Source: an uncultured Nitrospiraceae bacterium (GTDB lineage: Bacteria; Nitrospirota; Nitrospiria; Nitrospirales; Nitrospiraceae). From it: 64,000 nt of DNA. The position numbers were made by a program, and so were the translations under genes. The first letter of the stretch is position 1; each line of letters begins with the position of its first letter. The stretch is taken from positions 1,728,001-1,792,000 of the forward strand of contig CAWJWJ010000002.1 in the NCBI GenBank assembly GCA_963846575.1, given 5' to 3'. Below, piece after piece: positions 18,623-27,837 of the stretch. A model generated the notes under the pieces. It was not told where the DNA came from, did not search any database, and worked only from the letters and a program-made list of their open reading frames with translations.

Positions 18623-21493
18623 TCGATGCCCGCCGAAGGGTTGACGGCCGACCAGGGCTCCGGTGATCGGGCGATTGATGTAGAAGTTGCCCACATCGAC
18701 CGCCCGGCGCGCCAGCTCGATATGCCGTGGACTCCGTGAGTAGAGTCCCCCCGTGAGCGCATAGGCGGTACTGCCGGCGATCCGCAGTGCCTCATCGAAC
18801 GACGATGCGCGCATCACGGCCAGCACAGGACCGAAGATTTCCTCCTGCGCCAGCCGGTGTTTCAACTCAATGTTGGCAATCACCACGGGGCCGACCGAAT
18901 AGCCGACTCCTTCTGAAGATCGATCCACCAGCACCCGTCCTTCCTGGCGTCCCATCTCAAGATACTCCAGGATTCGTTTCCGGGCCCGCCCATCAATAAC
19001 CGGTCCGACCTGCGTGCCGGGATCATCGGCCGCGCCGATCCGTAGACTCAGAACTGCGTCGGTCAGTCGTTGGGCGAATTCATCATGAATGGCGTCCAAT
19101 ACGATCACCCGTGAACAGGCCGAACACTTCTGCCCCGCATAGCCGGTGAATGCCTGCACGACTCCCGTCACCGCTTCGTCGAGATCGGCGGTGTCATCCA
19201 CAATGATCGCGTTTTTTCCACCCATCTCCGCAATCACTCGCTTGACGAAGCGCTGCCCCGGCGGCTGAGCCGCGGCGGTTTGCAGGATGCCCAGCCCCAC
19301 CTCCTTTGATCCGGTAAACGCAATCGTCGCCACCGCCGGATCCGACACCAGCCCACGTCCCAAGTCCGGGCCGCCGGGAACGAATTGAAACGCGCCTACC
19401 GGGACACCAGCCTCCACCAGGATCCGTCCGAGCCGATACCCCATAACAGGCGAGCGTTCGGAGGGTTTGAACAAGACGGCATTGCCGGTGACCAACGCCG
19501 CAGCCACCATGCCGGCCGGAATGGCGAGCGGAAAGTTCCATGGTGAAATGACGACGGCAATACCGCGCGGGCCCCAGACCAGTTCATTCAACTCACCCGG
19601 ATACTGGCCAAGCCGTCTGGGGGATCCCAGCTGCTGCATGTCTTCCGCGTAATACTCCAGAAAGTCGATAGCCTCTGCCACATCAGCGTCCGCTTCCCGC
19701 CAAGGTTTACCTGCTTCGAACACTTCCCATGCCGCCAATTCCCAGCGCTGCGCCCGCATGAGTGCTGCCGCTTTGTGCATGATGGCAATGCGAGCCTCGA
19801 CCGGACGCTCCTTCCATTCCAGGCGTGAAGTTTCAGCCGCTGTAAGAAGTGCTGTGACATCGCCGGGCTGATAACTTTGCATGAGTGCAACCAGCTGATC
19901 CGGCTGACTGGGGTTGAACGAGCTCAGCTCCGGACCGGTCGGGGCCAGACAAGCCAGCGTGGAGACATCCAATCGCTGTCCTAACTGCCTGCGAACATCC
20001 TCGATAGCTCCCGCCATTGCCGCGCGCACCTCCGCACGGGAGAAATCCGCCACCGGTTCGTTGATAAACTGGAAGTCCCGGACACCCGGCGCAAGCGGCT
20101 CCTCCGCCGGTTCGGCTGGAGAACGGGGAACACCGGCGTTGTCCGGTGAGGACAGCAACAGAGCCAGGGGTTGCGACTCCACATATTCCTTTCGCAAGAA
20201 CGATTCGTTCGAAGTATTTTCCAGGAGCCGGCGAACCAGATAGGCCATGCCGGGCAGGAGTTCCCCGACTGGGGCATAGAGCCGCAGTCGCCGTCCGCGG
20301 TGGCTCACCGCATACTGAAACGGCTCAGCCATACCGTAGATCATCTGATATTCATAGGCCTCAGGGGGTAACCTGAGAGCCTCGGCCGTCGCTTCGATCA
20401 CGGCGAGACTCCGGAGGTTGTGCGTGCCAAAGGCGGGGCGTAGAACGTGACTGTGCTCAAGGAGCAGACGAACCAGTACCTCGTAGTTCACATCCGTTTG
20501 CGATTTACGCTCGAATAACGGCATCGGCCAGCCCTGCTGCCGATACCGAATGGAATCCGAATCCCAGTACGCACCCTTCACCAACCGGATCGTGATCGGC
20601 ACCTGTCGGGTCGCGACCCAGGCCAATAACGCCCGCACGTCGTCCAGCGTATCGGTCCGATAGGCTTGAAGTGCCAGTCCGGCATGGGGAAAGGTGCGAT
20701 ACGGCTCCTCGGAAAAGATCCGCATGAACGTGGTGAGGATCAGATCTTTCGTATTGGCCTGTTCCATATCGAAAATAATCGAGGCGGGGAGGGTGAGCGC
20801 CAGATTCAGGAGCGGCCGCAACCGGGCGGCGAGGGCGCGATAGCTGCTCTCCGGATCGATCGGGTCCAATTGCGAATAGAGTGCCGAGATTTTGATCGAG
20901 AGCTGCACCCGCGGGACGAGGCCGTGATGATCCCGTTCGAGCAACGGCGCCGGCGACCAGGTCGCGCAGGCTTGGCCCAACCGCTGCAATGCCGCGAGGC
21001 AATGATCACGATATCGATCCGCTTCCCGTTCGCTGACGGTCGCTTCTCCCAGCAGATCGACCGAAAAGGCCCGCCCCTCGTCCCACTGTTTTTGGAGAGT
21101 CGGAATGGCCTCCTCGATCGAGGCCCCGGCAATAAAGGATGTCGCCATCTGTTCGACCTGATGACGGACAGCCTTTCCGCTCAGGCTGGCGCCCATCCTG
21201 GTGGCGGCGAGCGCCCTCAGGCCCCATTGCACGCCGAACAACTGCCCGCTCATGTCGCCGAAATACTCCTCGGCCACACGCACGACTTGCGCATCGTCAC
21301 GCAACGACGGCAGCACATCGATGAATCGGAACAACTGCGCCTTAAACGCAGGATCTTTCATCGCCAGATTGATCGCCGCCTGCGACCACCAGCGGGAATC
21401 AAACAGACCGGGAGCCTGGCCGCCGGAACGTCGTGCCAAATCCTCCCCGATGGCGCGGATACGGGGTTCGAGCAGCACAGGGTCAAGACTCAT
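18512..21493 (-). CDS. putA: bifunctional proline dehydrogenase / P5C (glutamate-semialdehyde) dehydrogenase
   Basis: DLLGEA, RLVKGAYWD, GTHN, YLVRRLLEN; ALDH motifs ISPWNFP, FTGS, EMGGKN, GQKCSAC, EEIFGP. SD CAGGAGG before ATG 21493. Confidence 0.94.
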   Translation of the reverse strand: MSLDPVLLEPRIRAIGEDLARRSGGQAPGLFDSRWWSQAAINLAMKDPAFKAQLFRFIDVLPSLRDDAQVVRVAEEYFGDMSGQLFGVQWGLRALAATRMGASLSGKAVRHQVEQMATSFIAGASIEEAIPTLQKQWDEGRAFSVDLLGEATVSEREADRYRDHCLAALQRLGQACATWSPAPLLERDHHGLVPRVQLSIKISALYSQLDPIDPESSYRALAARLRPLLNLALTLPASIIFDMEQANTKDLILTTFMRIFSEEPYRTFPHAGLALQAYRTDTLDDVRALLAWVATRQVPITIRLVKGAYWDSDSIRYRQQGWPMPLFERKSQTDVNYEVLVRLLLEHSHVLRPAFGTHNLRSLAVIEATAEALRLPPEAYEYQMIYGMAEPFQYAVSHRGRRLRLYAPVGELLPGMAYLVRRLLENTSNESFLRKEYVESQPLALLLSSPDNAGVPRSPAEPAEEPLAPGVRDFQFINEPVADFSRAEVRAAMAGAIEDVRRQLGQRLDVSTLACLAPTGPELSSFNPSQPDQLVALMQSYQPGDVTALLTAAETSRLEWKERPVEARIAIMHKAAALMRAQRWELAAWEVFEAGKPWREADADVAEAIDFLEYYAEDMQQLGSPRRLGQYPGELNELVWGPRGIAVVISPWNFPLAIPAGMVAAALVTGNAVLFKPSERSPVMGYRLGRILVEAGVPVGAFQFVPGGPDLGRGLVSDPAVATIAFTGSKEVGLGILQTAAAQPPGQRFVKRVIAEMGGKNAIIVDDTADLDEAVTGVVQAFTGYAGQKCSACSRVIVLDAIHDEFAQRLTDAVLSLRIGAADDPGTQVGPVIDGRARKRILEYLEMGRQEGRVLVDRSSEGVGYSVGPVVIANIELKHRLAQEEIFGPVLAVMRASSFDEALRIAGSTAYALTGGLYSRSPRHIELARRAVDVGNFYINRPITGALVGRQPFGGHRLSGVGAKAGGEEYLKQFMIPRVISEQTLRRGFAPTL

Positions 21494-21673
21494 CGATTCC
21501 TCCTGGCGACATTCCGGTGCCAACAGCAGCCTCATATGCAGTATACACCGCGCTTCTTCACTTGAAAATTTGACCGGGCTTTCGGTAGCATGCGACCCGT
21601 TTGTCCTGACCAAAACCATTCGCAAGGCGGTGTACCGTGGCGATGAGTGGCGCACAGGATCCGAAGGAGATGA

Positions 21674-22507
21674 ATGACCGACTCGTCCGCGCAACCCGTC
21701 TGCTGGGGCACTCTGACTCTGTTCTGCTCACTCACGCTCATGACCGTCGTCGGCATACCGACGTTCGCACACTTCTATGACTACAGGCTCCTCGACTGGA
21801 TCCTGCTCGTCGTCCTCTATGTGGTGACCGGGATGGGGATCACGGTGGGCTACCACCGGATGCTCACTCACCACAGCTTCGACAGCCGCCCCTGGGTCAA
21901 GGCCTGCTTGCTGATCGTGGGCGGTTGGGCGATGCAAAATTCAGCGTTGATCTGGTGCGCCGACCACATTCGTCATCATGCGCACACGGACGAGGAGGCC
22001 GACCCCTACAATGCGACAAGGGGATTCTGGCACAGCCATGTCGGCTGGCTATTCGTGAAGACGGTCTATCGCGAGGATCGTTTTTCCGCGAAACTGCGCA
22101 CCGATCCCCTGATCACCTGGCAGCACCGGAACTATTGGTTGATCGTGGCCTCGGGGTTCCTGTTTCCGCTCGTGGCCGGCTACCTGAACGCGGGATATTC
22201 CGGCGCAGTCGGTTGTTTCCTGCTTGCCGGAGTGCTTCGCACCGTGCTGGTGCTAAACTCGACGTTCACCATCAACTCCCTCTGCCACCTCATCGGCCGC
22301 CAGCCCCATGGGACGGAGGACAGCAGCCGCGACAGTTGGGTGATCTCCTTCATCAGTTTCGGCGAGGGCTATCACAATTATCACCACACCTATTCCAGGG
22401 ACTATCGCAACGGATCCAAGTGGTACAATTTCGATCCCTCCAAATGGTTGATCTATGCCTTCTCACTGATGGGATTGACCTATAATCTCCATCGTGAGCG
22501 TATGTAA
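21674..22507 (+). CDS. membrane fatty acid (delta-9-type) desaturase
   Basis: Three His boxes HRMLTH, HIRHH and HNYHH; GEG and DPSKW motifs. Confidence 0.9.
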   Translation: MTDSSAQPVCWGTLTLFCSLTLMTVVGIPTFAHFYDYRLLDWILLVVLYVVTGMGITVGYHRMLTHHSFDSRPWVKACLLIVGGWAMQNSALIWCADHIRHHAHTDEEADPYNATRGFWHSHVGWLFVKTVYREDRFSAKLRTDPLITWQHRNYWLIVASGFLFPLVAGYLNAGYSGAVGCFLLAGVLRTVLVLNSTFTINSLCHLIGRQPHGTEDSSRDSWVISFISFGEGYHNYHHTYSRDYRNGSKWYNFDPSKWLIYAFSLMGLTYNLHRERM

Positions 22508-22690
22508 TGGTGCCGCGCCTCGAAGACAGGCATGATCCTGGACAGGCTCATGCCTGATCGTGCGGGTCGAATGCATTTCCTGCCTGGACAGGCGCAGCAT
22601 CCAATCGCCCATTTCTTTTGGTCGACTCGATAGCTTAAGATGACCTGGAATCGTTGATCCTTATGAGGATCGCGCGGAGGAGGCACGACT

Positions 22691-23578
22691 ATGGCAGATC
22701 AAGAAGGCGGCGCACCGCAGCAGGAAGCGGCGTCCGCAAAACCCAATATAATTCCCGGCGTCAAACATGTTATTGCGATCAGTAGCGGCAAAGGCGGCGT
22801 CGGCAAATCGACGGTGGCGGTGAATCTGGCCGTCGCCCTGAGCCTGAACGGCGCCAAGGTCGGGTTACTCGACGCCGACATTTACGGTCCGAACATCCCG
22901 ATGATGATGGGCGTCGAAAAGACTCCCGAGCAGCAGGACGGCAAGATTACGCCGGCCGAGAGCCACGGGGTCAAACTCATCTCCATGGGGTTTTTTGTAC
23001 CGGAAGACACCGCCGTCGTCTGGCGGGGCCCGATGGTCCACACGGCCATTCAGCAACTTTTCCGCGACGTGTTGTGGGGCGAACTGGATTACCTGCTGAT
23101 CGACCTTCCGCCCGGGACCGGCGACGCGCAGTTGACCCTGACCCAGTTGGTACCCCTGGCAGGCGCCGTGACGGTGACCACTCCGCAGGAAGTGGCGCTT
23201 CACGACGTGCGCAAAGGGATGATGATGTTCCAGAAGGTCAACGTTCCGTTACTCGGCATCGTGGAGAACATGAGTTTCTACGTCTGCGGCCATTGCGGGG
23301 AACGTACTGAAATTTTCTCTCACGGCGGCGGAGAACGGGCGGCAGAAAAGCTGGGTATTCCCTTTCTGGGACGGGTTCCCATCGATCCTGCCATTCGTAT
23401 CGGCGGTGACACGGGCAATCCGGTCGTCATCGCGACACCCGATTCTCCTCAGGCCAAAGCCTTCCGTGAGATCGCCGCAAAACTCGCCGCCGCGCTTCAA
23501 ACCGGCGGGGCAGGGGCGGCCAAGAGCCGCATCGAAAGCCTCTTACAGAAAATCAAACGACCCGCATCAGGCAGCTGA
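22691..23578 (+). CDS. apbC: Mrp/ApbC (NBP35) Fe-S cluster carrier ATPase
   Basis: [24 protein letters not shown] and ENMS..CGHC motifs. Confidence 0.93.
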   Translation: MADQEGGAPQQEAASAKPNIIPGVKHVIAISSGKGGVGKSTVAVNLAVALSLNGAKVGLLDADIYGPNIPMMMGVEKTPEQQDGKITPAESHGVKLISMGFFVPEDTAVVWRGPMVHTAIQQLFRDVLWGELDYLLIDLPPGTGDAQLTLTQLVPLAGAVTVTTPQEVALHDVRKGMMMFQKVNVPLLGIVENMSFYVCGHCGERTEIFSHGGGERAAEKLGIPFLGRVPIDPAIRIGGDTGNPVVIATPDSPQAKAFREIAAKLAAALQTGGAGAAKSRIESLLQKIKRPASGS

Positions 23579-23622
23579 TCGGACACCGGGCAGGGAACGG
23601 ATCACGCACTCACGGAGGATCT

Positions 23623-23928
23623 ATGGGCGAGTTGGTCAGAATCGCAGGAACGACAGAGGTAAAACCGGGCAGCGCGATGGTGGCGGAAGTCAACGGCAAA
23701 ACCCTCGCGGTCTTCAACGTCGACGGGGCCTATTTCGCCATCGATAACACCTGCGTGCATCGCGGGGGTCCACTGGGGGAAGGTGATGTGGAGGGGGAGG
23801 TCGTGACCTGCCCCTGGCATAACTGGCAATTCAATGTGAAGACTGGGACCTGTGTGAATAATCCCTCGGCAAAGGTGACTGCCTATGAAGTAACGGTCGA
23901 AGGTTCCGACATCAAAGTCCGATTGTGA
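23623..23928 (+). CDS. Rieske-type [2Fe-2S] ferredoxin
   Basis: CVH...CPWH motif, 101 aa. Confidence 0.92.
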   Translation: MGELVRIAGTTEVKPGSAMVAEVNGKTLAVFNVDGAYFAIDNTCVHRGGPLGEGDVEGEVVTCPWHNWQFNVKTGTCVNNPSAKVTAYEVTVEGSDIKVRL

Positions 23929-24006
23929 TCACAATCGGCGTCGGATGTTGCCATCAGTCCCGATCTGAACCAGGGGTTCTAACGCAGCAGTGAAATGGAG
24001 GCTTCC

Positions 24007-24375
24007 ATGGCAGAGAATACGTTGACCTCGCAACACATCGAGATCGCTGAAACCTTCGTGCGGCTGTATGTATTCCTCACGCAATACATCGATCGCTGTG
24101 AGGACGAGGCTGCACGGAAGGAATATCCGGAGGCAGAACTTCAGAAGCATCTCGCCGCCACCCGCTCAAAGATGATGGAAATTTTGAAGGTGAATCCCGT
24201 CGTCCAGGGCAAGGTGGAGAAGGAGTGCGAGCGGGTGCTCACGCTGGGTGGAAAATGTTTGATGGGCGGCACCGAAAAAGTCGCCGCGCTCGATGTGCTG
24301 GGAGCGGAACGGGTCATTTTCAAAAATAAAACGATTGCGTTGAGCGACCTTCTGGCCGTGTATCGCGCCTTGTAG
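24007..24375 (+). CDS. hypothetical helical protein
   Basis: GGAGG SD before ATG 24007; protein-like composition, no recognised motif. Confidence 0.7.
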   Translation: MAENTLTSQHIEIAETFVRLYVFLTQYIDRCEDEAARKEYPEAELQKHLAATRSKMMEILKVNPVVQGKVEKECERVLTLGGKCLMGGTEKVAALDVLGAERVIFKNKTIALSDLLAVYRAL

Positions 24376-24381
24376 AACCCC

Positions 24382-24732
24382 ATGTCCGATCCGGCTGGAG
24401 AGAAACACCAACTCGCCGGCTTCGATGCCCGTGAACGGGGCTTCAATCGTCCCGTGGAATTCATCCGCACACCGTCCGGCTATCAGGCGGTGCTACGATA
24501 TGAAACGACGCGCCTCGTCACCCCGGAGGCCCCCAGTCCCCCGGAAGCCCTGAGCCACTTGATCCTGCAACTCCAGCAACAGGGTTATACTCAGCTGCGG
24601 AGCCAGCAAAGCTATCGTGACGGCACCTATCTGGGCTCCCAGGAAGCCTGGGTGGAATATCCGGATCGTCTCGTGGAACCGGCGGTCGGGATCCTTGGAC
24701 TGCTGAAGAAGTGGCTGAGGCGTTCGGCCTAG
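24382..24732 (+). CDS. hypothetical protein
   Basis: Starts 6 nt after the previous stop; protein-like composition. Confidence 0.65.
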   Translation: MSDPAGEKHQLAGFDARERGFNRPVEFIRTPSGYQAVLRYETTRLVTPEAPSPPEALSHLILQLQQQGYTQLRSQQSYRDGTYLGSQEAWVEYPDRLVEPAVGILGLLKKWLRRSA

Positions 24733-24819
24733 GCAAAGAGCCGGCCCAGGCACATCCCGGATCGTCGCCTAAGGAAACCTCTCGCCCCTCGAGTACGGCA
24801 GATGCCTGTCTCGGTCACA

Positions 24820-24848
24820 TTGACTCTCTCCCAGGCCACGCCTATAGT
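24820..24848 (+). promoter_or_regulatory. sigma70-like promoter
   Basis: TTGACT-N17-TATAGT. Confidence 0.55.
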
Positions 24849-24926
24849 CCGGGTAGATTGAGCCCTGCGCGTGGAGGGGCATTGTCGTACTCTTGCCATC
24901 GATCCGCTTGCGAGGAACCGGCCGTG

Positions 24927-25364
24927 ATGTGGGTTCGACTCCTGTGCTTCACCTGCTTGTTCCAATTCCTGCCGTACCAGGCGACGGCGAAAGTCTATCG
25001 GTGCGAAGGAGCCGGCGGCACCACCATTTTGACCGATCAACCAAAGGGGAAACGTGGCTGCGAGTTAGTCCCTACCGCTTCTCCCTCGCCACCCGGCGGC
25101 TACACTCCGCCGCTGGACCCCATTGCTCCGGTTCCGCTGGATCTTCCACCTGCGACCATACCTTCATCCGCCGCACAGGCCGTACCGCAGCAACCGATCG
25201 CAGGCCAGCCATCCACCGCACCGGCGGCAGCACAAGAGCCGGCGGCGCCATCCGCGCCGGAGGCACAACATTGCTCGCCACGCGTCAACCCCCTCAATCC
25301 GTTTGCCGCAATGAATTGCTTGCCCGCCACAGGCGACAAACCGAAGCCCGACAGCCGTGACTGA
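24927..25364 (+). CDS. DUF4124-like exported protein with Pro/Ala-rich tail
   Basis: Signal peptide ..ATA-K, then VYRC..GG.TILTDQP pattern of DUF4124. Confidence 0.7.
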   Translation: MWVRLLCFTCLFQFLPYQATAKVYRCEGAGGTTILTDQPKGKRGCELVPTASPSPPGGYTPPLDPIAPVPLDLPPATIPSSAAQAVPQQPIAGQPSTAPAAAQEPAAPSAPEAQHCSPRVNPLNPFAAMNCLPATGDKPKPDSRD

Positions 25365-25393
25365 ACCGTCTCCACGGTACCTGTCTCGATTGA

Positions 25394-25422
25394 TTGACTC
25401 TCTCACCGCCCGTTCATATAAT
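25394..25422 (+). promoter_or_regulatory. near-consensus sigma70 promoter of the GlmL-like/DUF6754 operon
   Basis: TTGACT-N17-TATAAT, ending 38 nt before ATG 25461. Confidence 0.7.
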
Positions 25423-25460
25423 GCAAAATTGAACCGTTTAAGCTGATCTGACAAGCACTT

Positions 25461-25835
25461 ATGTCTGCCTTCTCTGCCGGGTTTCTAGCCCGTCGCGCAC
25501 AAGATCTTCGAGCCGGTCTCCGGCACGCCTTCGCCGTTCGTCCGGAACGGACAGACTTCACGCCTGAAGACCTGGCGTTGCTTGAACGGGTTGCCCGGGC
25601 CATCGTCGCACGCGGGATGGCCGCCCCCGCCACACTCTTTCTCGAATCGATGGGCCCAATGAACTTTCTCGGCAGTCAAGCCCTGCACGTCCTCGCTCCC
25701 ATCATCGAATTCGCACTGAGCGGCAGCGAACTGACACAGATCGCCAGGCTGCTGGAACGGCGCGAGTCCATTCAGCGATTGATCATCCTCATCGAAGGCC
25801 GAGCCACGCCTCCTCAAGGAGCGTCCGCTCGATGA
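25461..25835 (+). CDS. hypothetical protein, first gene of the uncharacterised operon
   Basis: 124 aa with PATLFLESMGPMNFLGSQ core; stop overlaps the next start (ATGA). Confidence 0.75.
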   Translation: MSAFSAGFLARRAQDLRAGLRHAFAVRPERTDFTPEDLALLERVARAIVARGMAAPATLFLESMGPMNFLGSQALHVLAPIIEFALSGSELTQIARLLERRESIQRLIILIEGRATPPQGASAR

Positions 25836-27685
25836 CCTCTGCGCCTCACCCGTCCGGGACTCCTAAGAGCGAGCAGCCGTTGAACATCATCGTCGCCACG
25901 GACTGCGGCAGCACTACCACGAAGGCGATCCTGATCGAGAAAGTCGGCGAGGAGTATCGCCAGACCTTCCGCGGCGAAGCGCCGACGACGGTCGAAGCGC
26001 CGTTCGAAGATGTCACCCGTGGCGTGTTCAACGCCATTGCCGAGATCGAGGAGCTCGCCGGACGCACCATCCTGGATGGCGACCGCATCATCACTCCGAA
26101 TCAAGCAGCGCTGGGTGATCCAGGGCGTCGACATCTACGTCTCCACGTAGCAGCGCGGGCGGCGGACTGCAGATGATGGTCACCGGCGTGGTGCAAGAAC
26201 ATGACCGCCGAGAGCGCCCAACGCGCCGCGCTCGGCGCCGGCGCCATCGTAATGGACGTCTTGGCTTCCAACGACGGACGGCTAGCCGTACGAGAAGATC
26301 GAGCGGATCCGCACCTGCGGCCCGACATGATCCTGATGTCCGGCGGCACCGACGGCGGGACCGTGACGCACGTCGTCGAAATGGCCGAGTACATTGCGGC
26401 TGCCGAGCCGCGTCCGCGCCTCGGCAGCGACCTATCAGCTCCCGCTCATCTACGCCGGCAACAGAGAGGCCCAACCGCAGATCAAGACGATTCTCGGCGA
26501 AAAGATCGCGCTGGAATTCGCCGACAACCTCCGGCCGATGCTCGAGCGGGAGAACCTCGCGCCGGCCCGCGACAAGATCCACGATCTGTTCCTCGAACAC
26601 GTCATGCAGCAGGCCCCCGGCTACAAAAAGCTGATTGAGCTGGCGGGAGCGCCGATCATGCCGACCCCCGGCGCGGTCGGCGTCATTATGGAGACCATCG
26701 CCAAACGCGAGAGCATCAACGTGGTCGGCGTCGACATCGGCGGCGCCACCACCGACGTGTTCTCCGTCTTCGACGGCGTCTTCAACCGCACGGTCAGTGC
26801 GAACCTCGGCATGTCCTACTCGATTTCGAACGTCCTCGCCGAGGCGGGCCTCGACAACATCCTGCGCTGGGTGCCCTTCACCATCGACGAAGCCAACGCT
26901 GCGGAACCGCATCAAAAACAAGATGATCCGGCCGACCACGATCCCCCAGACGCTGGACGAACTCCAGATCGAGCAGGCCATCGCGCGCGAGGCCCTGCGG
27001 CTGGCGTTCATCCAGCACAAATCTCTCGCGACGGCGCTCAAGGGCGTCCAGCAGGAACGAACCATCTCCGACGTCTTCGAACAGCGGACCTCCGGCAAGA
27101 CCCTGGTCGACATGCTGAACCTGGACCTGATCGTCGGCTCCGGCGGCGTGCTCTCGCATGCGCCGCGCCGCATCCAGTCCATGCTCATGATGATCGATGC
27201 GTACGAACCGCTCGGTGTCACGACGCTCGCGGTCGATAGCATCTTCATGATGCCGCACCTGGGCGTGCTCTCGACGGTGCAATGAACAGGCGGCCACCGA
27301 TGTCTTCGTACGGGATTGCATGGTCTACCTCGGTACCTGCATCGCCCCGGCAGGGCGGGGGAAGGATGGAGAACGCTGCGCCGATTACGACTTGACGCTG
27401 CCTGACGGGCGAATCGAGAAAGGCACGCTGAACTTCGGTGAGCTCAAACTGTTCAGCCTGAGCCGAAACCAGCAGGCTACTATCTCGATGCAGCCGGCCA
27501 AACAAGTCAATCTTGGGAATGGTCCGGGACAATCCCTCACCCGAACGGTCCAGGGCGGCGTCGTTGGCCTCCTGCTGGATGGACGCGGCCGCCCACTGCA
27601 GCTGCCGAGCGAGCAAACGGCCCGGATCGCAGCCCTCAGCCGATGGTATCAGGCGGTCGATTTGTATCCGAAGGGGAGCGCATAG
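25832..27685 (+). pseudogene. GlmL/MutL (glutamate mutase L)-like ASKHA-fold ATPase, broken by about 8 apparent indels (probably assembly errors)
   Basis: Stitching frames gives DCGSTTTK, APTTVE, SSAGGGL, GGTDGG, IYAGN, MPTP, VDIGGATTDVFS, SANLGMSYS, IVGSGGVLSH and DGRGRP motifs. Confidence 0.85.
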
Positions 27686-27721
27686 AGTGAGGGAGTTGCG
27701 CGTCTGTATGTCGTGGATTCT

Positions 27722-27830
27722 GTGCTGGTGCCCGGGAGCGAATCGCCGGGGCGAGCACCCCGAGCCGTACCGTGACTGGGACGGCGAGGGAACCGAGCCA
27801 CTGAGAAGGAAGCAGTAGGGCGTTTCACCA
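27722..27830. repeat. palindromic intergenic element (degenerate REP/MITE-like)
   Basis: Central hairpin gccgtacc-gtgact-gggacggc, flanked by gcgagcaccccga and gagccactgagaaggaagc. Confidence 0.35.
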
Positions 27831-27837
27831 ACCGATT

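Noticed and set aside
25832..27685. Programmed ribosomal frameshifting in the glmL-like gene
   Set aside because: About eight shifts in mixed directions, with no slippery heptamers seen; errors or decay are far more parsimonious.
25832..27685. Calling this locus a glutamate fermentation (methylaspartate) pathway, or DNA-repair mutL
   Set aside because: No glmS/glmE or methylaspartate ammonia-lyase in the window. The motifs are ASKHA-type, not the GHKL fold of mismatch-repair MutL.
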